Under the pieces are notes generated by a model, which was given only the letters and a program-made list of their open reading frames with translations, was not told the origin of the DNA and searched no databases. Both the position numbers and the translations under genes were made by a program. Below are positions 13,001-28,000 of a DNA stretch of 64,000 nt, piece after piece. Each line of letters begins with the position of its first letter. Within the stretch, counting starts at the first letter, position 1. This DNA comes from Hydrolagus colliei (Eukaryota), in assembly GCA_035084275.1 (NCBI GenBank), contig CM068757.1, positions 15,810,001 to 15,874,000 on the forward strand, read 5' to 3'.

Positions 13001-16000
13001 CTGTGACATTAATTGTGCCCATTCATGCTGCCAACTCCATTGAAAGACAAAAACTAGCTGGAAGAATCACATTTGTTTCTGTGCTTTCCAATCTTTCCAA
13101 CTTTCTATTCCAACAGAAACATCAACAGCCACGACTTCGACATCAGGTATACAAAGAGCAGAAGCTTCTCTCCTCCCATTTACGGTGCAATATCCCCTTT
13201 GACCACCTGTGATTCAAACTTCCATTAACTATTTGCCATCCTGTAAGAATGTATCCTCTGTGAGTATTAGACAAATGAAATGTCCTTTCCCTTATGTCCA
13301 GCTGGAATCACACAGCACTTTTTCACACGTACTTTAGTTATTGGGTTTCTTTCTTCTTGTTAGTGCTGATGGAGGGAAACAGCCAATATTAACCTTGCAG
13401 CAGATACCAGCTTCTGCCCATTACCTGGTGATCGCAGGGCCAGAAACATTTCCAAATCTTGTTGAGGGCGTAACCACAGGAATTGTGTCGCGAGATATTG
13501 AAAGGAGACTCTCAGCATGATGTTGTAACTTGACTCATTCATTCACATTTTTCCACTCAATTCTAAACCCTTCGATCTACTGCAGACATTGCCATGGACA
13601 GAGCAATAAGAAAGGATGTAGAAAGATATCAAACAGATGATTGAATTGAACTTCAAGCGGTTTTCTTTTGAAATTTGATGAGTGATTTAGAAGAACTGCA
13701 CATTATTCTTGTGCACCAGATCATTTTTGCTAAGCAATCTCTCGTTTCCAATGTTGTCAGCAGCATTCACCTCACAGGCATCGACAACCTTCTCTACAAC
13801 CACGGGTATTTGTGTTATTGTCATTCTTGGTGCTTTCATTCAATACAGCGTCATCGTAAAAATAGCCACTATGATAAATTAACCTCTATTGCTACGAATA
13901 TTTAATGCAATATATTTCTCGTCAGACATGATAAATACCACTTTTTATTTTGCAGCACCAACAACTGCAACATCAACAATACCCACAACAACAACAGGTA
14001 AACAAGGAACAACTTCCCACTCTCCATTCCAGAACAAACATCTACTTGATTGTCTTCACTTTTCTCTATTAAAGTCACAATCGCGCTCTTCATTGTTATC
14101 TCTTTTCCTATTGTTTCTATTTGATGCGCACGCATGTCTTCATTCAACAACCACCACTGAAACTGGTGAGGAACAGCACATTTCTACAGACACAACTGTT
14201 ACATATCACATAGAGAAATCAGGCTACAAGAATCCTGCCACTTGCTTTGGCCACAACAGCAGCCACTCTCCCAGTATCATTGCCAAACACTAGCTCAAAC
14301 TTCAGCTTCAAGAGACTGAAAAAGGAGAATCATCTGAAGCATTCAGTCAGATTGCTCCACATTTATTCCTTCAAATTGTCACTTTAGAGAAACATCAGAA
14401 AACACTCTGACACAATGCTCAGCAACATCCTTCACTCCAATAACAGTTGTAGCCACATTAACTGCCTTTGCTTCAACTACTCGAATTACCCGTCCAGAGC
14501 ATTACTTTGTCCAGAGCAGTCTCCAATGCCCATTTTGCCATTGATACTATGTTGAATGGAAACACTTGAAGCTTCCTTCTGGAGGTTCCTAGACCAATCT
14601 TTCTCAAGAAACAGCGCAGCTGCTAATGACCAACACACCTGCACTGGCACAATGCCTCTATCGTGTATCAACAGCAGCAGTAAACCACACGACCAGCCAC
14701 TCCATTTTGTTTCCCTGCTGTGACATTAATTGTGCCCATTCATGCTGCCAACTCCATTGAAAGACAAAAACTGGCTGAAAGAATCACATTCATTTCTGTT
14801 CTTTCCAATCTTTCCAACTTTCTATTCCGACAGAAACATCAACAGCCACGACTTTGATATCAGGTATAAACGAGCAGAAGCTTCTCTCTTCCCATTTACG
14901 GTACAATGTCCTCTGTGTCCACCTGTGATTCAAACTTCCATTAACTATTTGCCATCCTGTAAGAACACAGCCTCAATGAGCATTAGACAAACGATATGTC
15001 CTTTCCACTATGTCCTGCAAGAATCACATAGACCATTTTTTCACGTGTAATTTAAATATTGGATTTCTTTCTTCTTGTTAGTGCTGCTGGAGGGAAACAG
15101 CCAATTTTATCCCTGCAGCAGATACCAGCAGCGGACACCATTACCTGGTGACCGCTGGGCAAGAAACATTTCCAAATCTTGTTGAGGGCACAACCACAGG
15201 AATTGAGTCACTAGATATTGAAAGGAGACTCTTAGCATGATGCTGTAACTTGCCTCATTCATTCACGTTTTTCCACTCAATTGTAAACCCTTCGATGTAC
15301 TGCAGACATTGTCATGCACAGACCAATGAGAAGGTTGTGTGTTCACACAGCTAGTGCTACCAGCATGTAGAAAGATATTAAACAGATGATTGTGTTCAAC
15401 TTGAAGCATTTTTGTTTCAAATTTGATGAGTGATTTAGGAGAACTGCACATTATACTTGTGCACCAGATCACTTTTGCTAAGCAGCGTCTCTTTTCCAAT
15501 GCTGTCAGCAGCATTCACCACAGAGCCATCGACAACTTTCTCAACAACCACAGTTATTTGTGTTACTGTCAGTGCCTTTGTCAACCTTCACTTCAATACA
15601 ATGTCCTCGTAAGAATAGCCACTATGATAACTTAACCTCTATTTCTACTAAAAGTTGATGCAATATGTTTCTCATCATTACATTCTAGCACCAACAACAA
15701 CTACTACAACAGCAGCCCCCACTACAATAACAGGTAAACAAAGAACAAATTCCAACTCTCCATTCCAGAACAAACATCTTATTAACTATAAACTTCCATT
15801 GTATATTTGCCATCCTGTAAGAATGCAGCCTCTATGATCATTACACAAACGATGTGTCCTGTCCCTTATGTCCTACTGGATTCACATGGACCACATTTTT
15901 AAATGTACGTTAGATATTGGGTTTCTTTCTTCTTGTTATTGGTGATGGAGGGAAACAGCTGATATTAATCCTGCAGCAGTCACCAGCTTCTACCCATTTT

Positions 16001-19000
16001 ATGGTTAGTGCCCGGCAGACATCACTTCCAAATCTTGTTGAATGTATAACCACAGGAATTGTGCCACTAACTATTCAAAGGAGCCTCTTCGTGCGATGTT
16101 CCGACTTGCTTCATTCATTCACTCATGTTTTTCGACTCAATTGTACATCCTTCTATTTACTGCAGGCAGTGTCCGGAACACAGCACCAAGTAAGTGTTGT
16201 CTTCACACACCTTGTACTACGGGGATCTAGGAAGATATTAAACAGATGATTAAATTGATCTTGAGGGGTTTATCATTTGAAACTCGATGAATGATTTAGC
16301 AGACTTGAACATCAGACATGTGCACAAGATCACATTTGCTAAGCAATGCCTCTTATCTAATATTGTCAGCAGCATTCCCCACAGAGTCTTCGACAACATT
16401 CTCTACAACAACAGGTATTTGTGAAATTGTCAGTCTTGGTGTCTTCATCAATCTTTACTTTGATACAAAACAGCAACCATCATATGCTAACCTCGAATTC
16501 TGTTGAAGGTTGATGCAATATATTTCTCCTCAACTTCTTACTTTCTAGCAACAACAACTAAAACATCAACAACCCCCTCTACGACATCAGGTAAACAAAG
16601 AACAACTTCCAACTCTACATTTCCTGAGCAAACATCTACTTGATTGTCTTCACATTTCTCTATTACAGTCACAATCGCCCTCCTTTAACTCATTGTTATC
16701 TCATTCTCTACGGTTTCCACAGGATGCGCACGCATGTCTTCATCAACAACCACCACTGAAACTGGTGAGGATCAGCACATTTCCACAGACACAACTGTTA
16801 CATATCACATAGAGAAATCAGGCTACAAGAATCCTGCCATTGGCTTTGCTCACAACAGCAGCCACTCTCCCAGTATCATTGCCAAACACTAGCTCAAACT
16901 TCAGCTTCAAGCAACTGAAAGAGGAGAATCATCTGAAGCATTTAGTTGCTCCACATTTATTCCTTCAAATTCTCACTTTAGAGCAACATCAGAAAACACT
17001 CTGACACAATGCTCAGCAACACTGTTCACTCCAATAACAGTTGTAGCCACATTAACTGCCTTTGATTCAACTACTCGAATTACCCGTGTACACTTTGTCC
17101 AGAGCAGTCTCCAATGCCCATTTTGCCATTGATACTATGTTGAATGGAAACACTTGAAGCTTCCTTCTGGAGGTCCCTAGACCAATCTTTCTCAAGAAAC
17201 AGCGCAGCTGCTAATGACCAACACACCTGCACTGGCACAATGCCTCTATCGTGTATCAACAGCAGCAGTAAACCACACGACCAGCCACTCCATTTTGTTT
17301 CCCTGCTGTGACATTAATTGTGCCCATTCATGCTGCCAACTCCATTGAAAGACAAAAACTGGCTGAAAGAATCACATTCATTTCTGTGCTTTCCAATCTT
17401 TCCAACTTTCTATTCCGACAGAAACATCAACAGCCACGACTTTGATATCAGGTATAAACGAGCAGAAGCTTCTCTCTTCCCATTTACGGTACAATGTCCT
17501 CTGTGTCCACCTGTGATTCAAACTTCCATTAACTATTTGCCATCCTGTAAGAACACAGCCTCAATGAGCATTAGACAAACGATATGTCCTTTCCACTATG
17601 TCCTGCAAGAATCACATAGACCATTTTTTCACGTGTAATTTAAATATTGGATTTCTTTCTTCTTGTTAGTGCTGCTGGAGGGAAACAGCCAATTTTATCC
17701 CTGCAGCAGATACCAGCTTCTACCCATTACCTGGTGACCACTGGGCAAGAAACATTTCCAAATCTTGTTGAGGGCACAACCACAGGAATTGAGTCACTAG
17801 ATATTGAAAGGAGACTCTTAGCATGATGCTGTAACTTGCCTCATTCATTCACGTTTTTCCACTCAATTGTAAACCCTTCGATGTACTGCAGACATTGTCA
17901 TGCACAGACCAATGAGAAGGTTGTGTGTTCACACAGCTAGTGCTACCAGCATGTAGAAAGATATTAAACAGATGATTGTGTTCAACTTGAAGCATTTTTT
18001 TTTCAAATTTGATGAGTGATTTAGCAGAACTGCACATTATACTTGTGCACCAGATCACTTTTGCTAAGCAGCGTCTCTTTTCCAATGCTGTCAGCAGCAT
18101 TCACCACAGAGCCATCGACAACTTTCTCAACAACCACAGTTATTTGTGTTACTGTCAGTGCCTTTGTCAACCTTCACTTCAATACAATGTCCTCGTAAGA
18201 ATAGCCACTATGATAACTTAACCTCTATTTCTACTAAAAGTTGATGCAATATGTTTCTCATCATTACATTCTAGCACCAACAACAACTACTACAACAGCA
18301 GCCCCCACTACAATAACAGGTAAACAAAGAACAAATTCCAACTCTCCATTCCAGAACAAACATCTTATTAACTATAAACTTCCATTGTATATTTGCCATC
18401 CTGTAAGAATGCAGCCTCTATGATCATTACACAAACGATGTGTCCTGTCCCTTATGTCCTGGATTCACATGGACCACATTTTTAAATGTACGTTAGATAT
18501 TGGGTTTCTTTCTTCTTGTTATTGGTGATGGAGGGAAACAGCTGATATTAATCCTGCAGCAGTCACCAGCTTCTACCCATTTTATGGTTAGTGCCCGGCA
18601 GACATCACTTCCAAATCTTGTTGAATGTATAACCACAGGAATTGTGCCACTAACTATTCAAAGGAGCCTCTTCGTGCGATGTTCCGATTTGCTTCATTCA
18701 TTAACTCATGTTTTTCGACTCAATTGTACATCCTTCTATTTACTGCAGGCAGTGTCCGGAACACAGCACCAAGTAAGTGTTGTCTTCACACATCTTGTGC
18801 TACGGGGATCTAGGAAGATATTAAACAGATGATTAATTTGATCTTGAGGGGTTTATCTTTTGAAACTCGATGAATGATTTAGCAGACTTGAACATCAGAC
18901 ATGTGCACAAGATCACATTTGCTAAGCAATGCCTCTTATCTAATATTGTCAGCAGCATTCCCCACAGAGTCTTCGACAACATTCTCTACAACAACAGGTA

Positions 19001-22000
19001 TTTGTGAAATTGTCAGTCTTGGTGCCTTCATCAATCTTTACTTTGATACAAAACAGCAACCATCATATGCTAACCTCGAATTCTGTTGAAGGTTGATGCA
19101 ATATATTTCTCCTCAACTTCTTACTTTCTAGCAACAACAACTAAAACATCAACAACCCCCTCTACGACATCAGGTAAACAAAGAACAACTTCCAACTCTA
19201 CATTTCCTGAGCAAACATCTACTTGATTGTCTTCACATTTCTCTATTACAGTCACAATCGCCCTCCTTTAACTCATTGTTATCTCATTCTCTACGGTTTC
19301 CACAGGATGCGCACGCATGTCTTCATCAACAACCACCACTGAAACTGGTGAGGAACAGCACATTTCTACAGACACAACTGTTACATATCACATAGAGAAA
19401 TCAGGCTACAAGAATCCTGCCACTTGCTTTGGCCACAACAGCAGCCACTCTCCCAGTATTATTGCCAAATACTAGCTCAAACTTCAGCTTCAAGCAACTG
19501 AAAGAGGAGAATCATCTGAAGCATTTAGTTGCTCCACATTTATTCCTTCAAATTCTCACTTTAGAGCAACATCAGAAAACACTCTGACACAATGCTCAGC
19601 AACACTGTTCACTCCAATAACAGTTGTAGCCACATTAACTGCCTTTGATTCAACTACTCGAATTACCCGTGTACACTTTGTCCAGAGCAGTCTCCAATGC
19701 CCATTTTGCCATTGATACTATGTTGAATGGAAACACTTGAAGCTTCCTTCTGGAGGTTCCTAGACCAATCTTTCTCAAGAAACAGCGCAGCTGCTAATGA
19801 CCAACACACCTGCACTGGCACAATGCCTCTATCGTGTATCAACAGCAGCAGTAAACCACACGACCAGCCACTCCATTTTGTTTCCCTGCTGTGACATTAA
19901 TTGTGCCCATTCATGCTGCCAACTCCATTGAAAGACAAAAACTGGCTGAAAGAATCACATTCATTTCTGTGCTTTCCAATCTTTCCAACTTTCTATTCCG
20001 ACAGAAACATCAACAGCCACGACTTTGATATCAGGTATAAACGAGCAGAAGCTTCTCTCTTCCCATTTACGGTACAATGTCCTCTGTGTCCACCTGTGAT
20101 TCAAACTTCCATTAACTATTTGCCATCCTGTAAGAACACAGCCTCAATGAGCATTAGACAAACAATATGTCCTTTCCACTATGTCCTGCAAGAATCACAT
20201 AGACCATTTTTTCACGTGTAATTTAAATATTGGATTTCTTTCTTCTTGTTAGTGCTGCTGGAGGGAAACAGCCAATTTTATCCCTGCAGCAGATACCAGC
20301 TTCTACCCATTACCTGGTGACCGCTGGGCAAGAAACATTTCCAAATCTTGTTGAGGGCACAACCACAGGAATTGAGTCACTAGATATTGAAAGGAGACTC
20401 TTAGCATGATGCTGTAACTTGCCTCATTCATTCACGTTTTTCCACTCAATTGTAAACCCTTCGATGTACTGCAGACATTGTCATGCACAGACCAATGAGA
20501 AGGTTGTGTGTTCACACAGCTAGTGCTACCAGCATGTAGAAAGATATTAAACGGATGATTGTGTTCAACTTGAAGCATTTTTTTCTCAAATTTGATGAGT
20601 GATTTAGGAGAACTGCACATTATACTTGTGCACCAGATCACTTTTGCTAAGCAGCGTCTCTTTTCCAATGCTGTCAGCAGCATTCACCACAGAGCCATCG
20701 ACAACTTTCTCAACAACCACAGTTATTTGTGTTACTGTCAGTGCCTTTGTCAACCTTCACTTCAATACAATGTCCTCGTAAGAATAGCCACTATGATAAC
20801 TTAACCTCTATTTCTACTAAAAGTTGATGCAATATGTTTCTCATCATTACATTCTAGCACCAACAACAACTACTACAACAGCAGCCCCCACTACAATAAC
20901 AGGTAAACAAAGAACAAATTCCAACTCTCCATTCCAGAACAAACATCTTATTAACTATAAACTTCCATTGTATATTTGCCATCCTGTAAGAATGCAGCCT
21001 CTATGATCATTACACAAACGATGTGTCCTGTCCCTTATGTCCTGGATTCACATGGACCACATTTTTAAATGTACGTTAGATATTGGGTTTCTTTCTTCTT
21101 GTTATTGGTGATGGAGGGAAACAGCTGATATTAATCCTGCAGCAGTCACCAGCTTCTACCCATTTTATGGTTAGTGCCCGGCAGACATCACTTCCAAATC
21201 TTGTTGAATGTATAACCACAGGAATTGTGCCACTAACTATTCAAAGGAGCCTCTTCGTGCGATGTTCCGATTTGCTTCATTCATTAACTCATGTTTTTCG
21301 ACTCAATTGTACATCCTTCTATTTACTGCAGGCAGTGTCCGGAACACAGCACCAAGTAAGTGTTGTCTTCACACATCTTGTGCTACGGGGATCTAGGAAG
21401 ATATTAAACAGATGATTAATTTGATCTTGAGGGGTTTATCTTTTGAAACTCGATGAATGATTTAGCAGACTTGAACATCAGACATGTGCACAAGATCACA
21501 TTTGCTAAGCAATGCCTCTTATCTAATATTGTCAGCAGCATTCCCCACAGAGTCTTCGACAACATTCTCTACAACAACAGGTATTTGTGAAATTGTCAGT
21601 CTTGGTGCCTTCATCAATCTTTACTTTGATACAAAACAGCAACCATCATATGCTAACCTCGAATTCTGTTGAAGGTTGATGCAATATATTTCTCCTCAAC
21701 TTCTTACTTTCTAGCAACAACAACTAAAACATCAACAACCCCCTCTACGACATCAGGTAAACAAAGAACAACTTCCAACTCTACATTTCCTGAGCAAACA
21801 TCTACTTGATTGTCTTCACATTTCTCTATTACAGTCACAATCGCCCTCCTTTAACTCATTGTTATCTCATTCTCTACGGTTTCCACAGGATGCACACGCA
21901 TGTCTTCATCAACAACCACCACTGAAACTGGTGAGGAACAGCACATTTCTACAGACACAACTGTTACATATCACATAGAGAAATCAGGCTACAAGAATCC

Positions 22001-25000
22001 TGCCACTTGCTTTGGCCACAACAGCAGCCACTCTCCCAGTATTATTGCCAAATACTAGCTCAAACTTCAGCTTCAAGCAACTGAAAGAGGAGAATCATCT
22101 GAAGCATTTAGTTGCTCCACATTTATTCCTTCAAATTCTCACTTTAGAGCAACATCAGAAAACACTCTGACACAATGCTCAGCAACACTGTTCACTCCAA
22201 TAACAGTTGTAGCCACATTAACTGCCTTTGATTCAACTACTCGAATTACCCGTGTACACTTTGTCCAGAGCAGTCTCCAATGCCCATTTTGCCATTGATA
22301 CTATGTTGAATGGAAACACTTGAAGCTTCCTTCTGGAGGTTCCTAGACCAATCTTTCTCAAGAAACAGCGCAGCTGCTAATGACCAACACACCTGCACTG
22401 GCACAATGCCTCTATCGTGTATCAACAGCAGCAGTAAACCACACGACCAGCCACTCCATTTTGTTTCCCTGCTGTGACATTAATTGTGCCCATTCATGCT
22501 GCCAACTCCATTGAAAGACAAAAACTGGCTGAAAGAATCACATTCATTTCTGTGCTTTCCAATCTTTCCAACTTTCTATTCCGACAGAAACATCAGCAGC
22601 CACGACTTTGATATCAGGTATAAACGAGCAGAAGCTTCTCTCTTCCCATTTACGGTACAATGTCCTCTGTGTCCACCTGTGATTCAAACTTCCATTAACT
22701 ATTTGCCATCCTGTAAGAACACAGCCTCAATGAGCATTAGACAAACGATATGTCCTTTCCACTATGTCCTGCAAGAATCATATAGACCATTTTTTCACGT
22801 GTAATTTAAATATTGGATTTCTTTCTTCTTGTTAGTGCTGCTGGAGGGAAACAGCCAATTTTATCCCTGCAGCAGATACCAGCTTCTACCCATTACCTGG
22901 TGACCGCTGGGCAAGAAACATTTCCAAATCTTGTTGAGGGCACAACCACAGGAATTGAGTGACTAGATATTGAAAGGAGACTCTTAGCATGATGCTGTAA
23001 CTTGCCTCATTCATTCACGTTTTTCCACTCAATTGTAAACCCTTCGATGTACTGCAGACATTGTCATGCACAGACCAATGAGAAGGTTGTGTGTTCACAC
23101 AGCTAGTGCTACCAGCATGTAGAAAGATATTAAACGGATGATTGTGTTCAACTTGAAGCATTTTTTTCTCAAATTTGATGAGTGATTTAGGAGAACTGCA
23201 CATTATACTTGTGCACCAGATCACTTTTGCTAAGCAGCGTCTCTTTTCCAATGCTGTCAGCAGCATTCACCACAGAGCCATCGACAACTTTCTCAACAAC
23301 CACAGTTATTTGTGTTACTGTCAGTGCCTTTGTCAACCTTCACTTCAATACAATGTCCTCGTAAGAATAGCCACTATGATAACTTAACCTCTATTTCTAC
23401 TAAAAGTTGATGCAATATGTTTCTCATCATTACATTCTAGCACCAACAACAACTACTACAACAGCAGCCCCCACTACAATAACAGGTAAACAAAGAACAA
23501 ATTCCAACTCTCCATTCCAGAACAAACATCTTATTAACTATAAACTTCCATTGTATATTTGCCATCCTGTAAGAATGCAGCCTCTATGATCATTACACAA
23601 ACGATGTGTCCTGTCCCTTATGTCCTACTGGATTCACATGGACCACATTTTTAAATGTACGTTAGATATTGGGTTTCTTTCTTCTTGTTATTGGTGATGG
23701 AGGGAAACAGCTGATATTAATCCTGCAGCAGTCACCAGCTTCTACCCATTTTATGGTTAGTGCCTAGCAGACATCACTTCCAAATCTTGTTGAATGTATA
23801 ACCACAGGAATTGTGCCACTAACTATTCAAAGGAGCCTCTTCGTGCGATGTTCCGACTTGCTTCATTCATTCACTCATGTTTTTCGACTCAATTGTACAT
23901 CCTTCTATTTACTGCAGGCAGTGTCCGGAACACAGCACCAAGTAAGTGTTGTCTTCACACACTTTGTACTACGGGGATCTAGGAAGATATTAAACAGATG
24001 ATTAAATTGATCTTGAGGGGTTTATCATTTGAAACTCGATGAATGATTTAGCAGACTTGAACATCAGACATGTGCACAAGATCACATTTGCTAAGCAATG
24101 CCTCTTATCTAATATTGTCAGCAGCATTCCCCACAGAGTCTTCGACAACATTCTCTACAACAACAGGTATTTGTGAAATTGTCAGTCTTGGTGTCTTCAT
24201 CAATCTTTACTTTGATACAAAACAGCAACCATCATATGCTAACCTCGAATTCTGTTGAAGGTTGATGCAATATATTTCTCCTCAACTTCTTACTTTCTAG
24301 CAACAACAACTAAAACATCAACAACCCCCTCTACGACATCAGGTAAACAAAGAACAACTTCCAACTCTACATTTCCTGAGCAAACATCTACTTGATTGTC
24401 TTCACATTTCTCTATTACAGTCACAATCGCCCTCCTTTAACTCATTGTTATCTCATTCTCTACGGTTTCCACAGGATGCGCACGCATGTCTTCATCAACA
24501 ACCACCACTGAAACTGGTGAGGAACAGCACATTTCTACAGACACAACTGTTACATATCACATAGAGAAATCAGGCTACAAGAATCCTGCCACTTGCTTTG
24601 GCCACAACAGCAGCCACTCTCCCAGTATTATTGCCAAATACTAGCTCAAACTTCAGCTTCAAGCAACTGAAAGAGGAGAATCATCTGAAGCATTTAGTTG
24701 CTCCACATTTATTCCTTCAAATTCTCACTTTAGAGCAACATCAGAAAACACTCTGACACAATGCTCAGCAACACTGTTCACTCCAATAACAGTTGTAGCC
24801 ACATTAACTGCCTTTGATTCAACTACTCGAATTACCCGTGTACACTTTGTCCAGAGTAGTCTCCAATGCCCATTTTGCCATTGATACTATGTTGAATGGA
24901 AACACTTGAAGCTTCCTTCTGGAGGTTCCTAGACCAATCTTTCTCAAGAAACAGCGCAGCTGCTAATGACCAACACACCTGCACTGGCACAATGCCTCTA

Positions 25001-28000
25001 TCGTGTATCAACAGCAGCAGTAAACCACACGACCAGCCACTCCATTTTGTTTCCCTGCTGTGACATTAATTGTGCCCATTCATGCTGCCAACTCCATTGA
25101 AAGACAAAAACTGGCTGAAAGAATCACATTCATTTCTGTGCTTTCCAATCTTTCCAACTTTCTATTCCGACAGAAACATCAGCAGCCACGACTTTCATAT
25201 CAGGTATAAACGAGCAGAAGCTTCTCTCTTCCCATTTACGGTACAATGTCCTCTGTGTCCACCTGTGATTCAAACTTCCATTAACTATTTGCCATCCTGT
25301 AAGAACACAGCCTCAATGAGCATTAGACAAACGATATGTCCTTTCCACTATGTCCTGCAAGAATCACATAGACCATTTTTTCACGTGTAATTTAAATATT
25401 GGATTTCTTTCTTCTTGTTAGTGCTGCTGGAGGGAAACAGCCAATTTTATCCCTGCAGCAGATACCAGCTTCTACCCATTACCTGGTGACCGCTGGGCAA
25501 GAAACATTTCCAAATCTTGTTGAGGGCACAACCACAGGAATTGAGTCACTAGATATTGAAAGGAGACTCTTAGCATGATGCTGTAACTTGCCTCATTCAT
25601 TCACGTTTTTCCACTCAATTGTAAACCCTTCGATGTACTGCAGACATTGTCATGCACAGACCAATGAGAAGGTTGTGTGTTCACACAGCTAGTGCTACCA
25701 GCATGTAGAAAGATATTAAACGGATGATTGTGTTCAACTTGAAGCATTTTTTTCTCAAATTTGATGAGTGATTTAGGAGAACTGCACATTATACTTGTGC
25801 ACCAGATCACTTTTGCTAAGCAGCGTCTCTTTTCCAATGCTGTCAGCAGCATTCACCACAGAGCCATCGACAACTTTCTCAACAACCACAGTTATTTGTG
25901 TTACTGTCAGTGCCTTTGTCAACCTTCACTTCAATACAATGTCCTCGTAAGAATAGCCACTATGATAACTTAACCTCTATTTCTACTAAAAGTTGATGCA
26001 ATATGTTTCTCATCATTACATTCTAGCACCAACAACAACTACTACAACAGCAGCCCCCACTACAATAACAGGTAAACAAAGAACAAATTCCAACTCTCCA
26101 TTCCAGAACAAACATCTTATTAACTATAAACTTCCATTGTATATTTGCCATCCTGTAAGAATGCAGCCTCTATGATCATTACACAAACGATGTGTCCTGT
26201 CCCTTATGTCCTACTGGATTCACATGGACCACATTTTTAAATGTACGTTAGATATTGAGTTTCTTTCTTCTTGTTATTGGTGATGGAGGGAAACAGCTGA
26301 TATTAATCCTGCAGCAGTCACCAGCTTCTACCCATTTTATGGTTAGTGCCTAGCAGACATCACTTCCAAATCTTGTTGAATGTATAACCACAGGAATTGT
26401 GCCACTAACTATTCAAAGGAGCCTCTTCGTGCGATGTTCCGACTTGCTTCATTCATTCACTCATGTTTTTCGACTCAATTGTACATCCTTCTATTTACTG
26501 CAGGCAGTGTCCGGAACACAGCACCAAGTAAGTGTTGTCTTCACACACTTTGTACTACGGGGATCTAGGAAGATATTAAACAGATGATTAAATTGATCTT
26601 GAGGGGTTTATCATTTGAAACTCGATGAATGATTTAGCAGACTTGAACATCAGACATGTGCACAAGATCACATTTGCTAAGCAATGCCTCTTATCTAATA
26701 TTGTCAGCAGCATTCCCCACAGAGTCTTCGACAACATTCTCTACAACAACAGGTATTTGTGAAATTGTCAGTCTTGGTGTCTTCATCAATCTTTACTTTG
26801 ATACAAAACAGCAACCATCATATGCTAACCTCGAATTCTGTTGAAGGTTGATGCAATATATTTCTCCTCAACTTCTTACTTTCTAGCAACAACAACTAAA
26901 ACATCAACAACCCCCTCTACGACATCAGGTAAACAAAGAACAACTTCCAACTCTACATTTCCTGAGCAAACATCTACTTGATTGTCTTCACATTTCTCTA
27001 TTACAGTCACAATCGCCCTCCTTTAACTCATTGTTATCTCATTCTCTACGGTTTCCACAGGATGCGCACGCATGTCTTCATCAACAACCACCACTGAAAC
27101 TGGTGAGGAACAGCACATTTCTACAGACACAACTGTTACATATCACATAGAGAAATCAGGCTACAAGAATCCTGCCATTGGCTTTGCCCACAACAGCAGC
27201 CACTCTCCCAGTATCATTGCCAAACACTAGCTCAAACTTCAGCTTCAAGCAACTGAAAGAACAGAATCATCTGAAGCATTCAGTCCGATTGCTCCACATT
27301 TATTCCTTCAAATTCTCACTTTAGAGCAACATCAGAAAACACTCTGACACAATGCTCAGCAACACTCTTCACTTCAATAACAGTTGTAATGACATTAACT
27401 GCCTTTGACTCAACTACTTGAATTACTCATGTATACTTTGTCCAGAGCAGTCTCCAATGCCCATATTTCCATTGATACTATTTTGAATGGAAACACATGA
27501 AGCTTGCTTCTGGAGGTTCCTGGAACAATCCTTTTCAAGAAGCAGCACAGCTGCTAATGAACAACACACCTGGCACTGCCACATTGCCTCTATCGTGCAT
27601 CAATAGCGGCAGTAAACCACACAACCAGCCACTCCATTTTGTTTCCCTGCTGTGACATTAATTGTGCCCATTCATGCTGCTAACTCCATTGAAAGACAAA
27701 AAGTAGCTGGAAGAATCACATTCGTTTCAGTGCTTTCCAATTTTTCCAACTTTATATTCCAACAGAAACATCAACAGCCACGACTTCGACATCAGGTACA
27801 CAAAGAGCAGAAGCTTCTCTCCTCCCATTTACAATGCAATATCTCCTTTGTCCACCTGTGATTCAAACTTCCATTATCTATTTGCCATCCTGTAAGAATG
27901 TAGCCTCTATGAGCATCAGATTAATGATATGACCTTTCCCTTATGTCCTGTTGGAATCACATGGACCACTTTTTTAGATATTGGGTTTCTTTCTTCTTGT

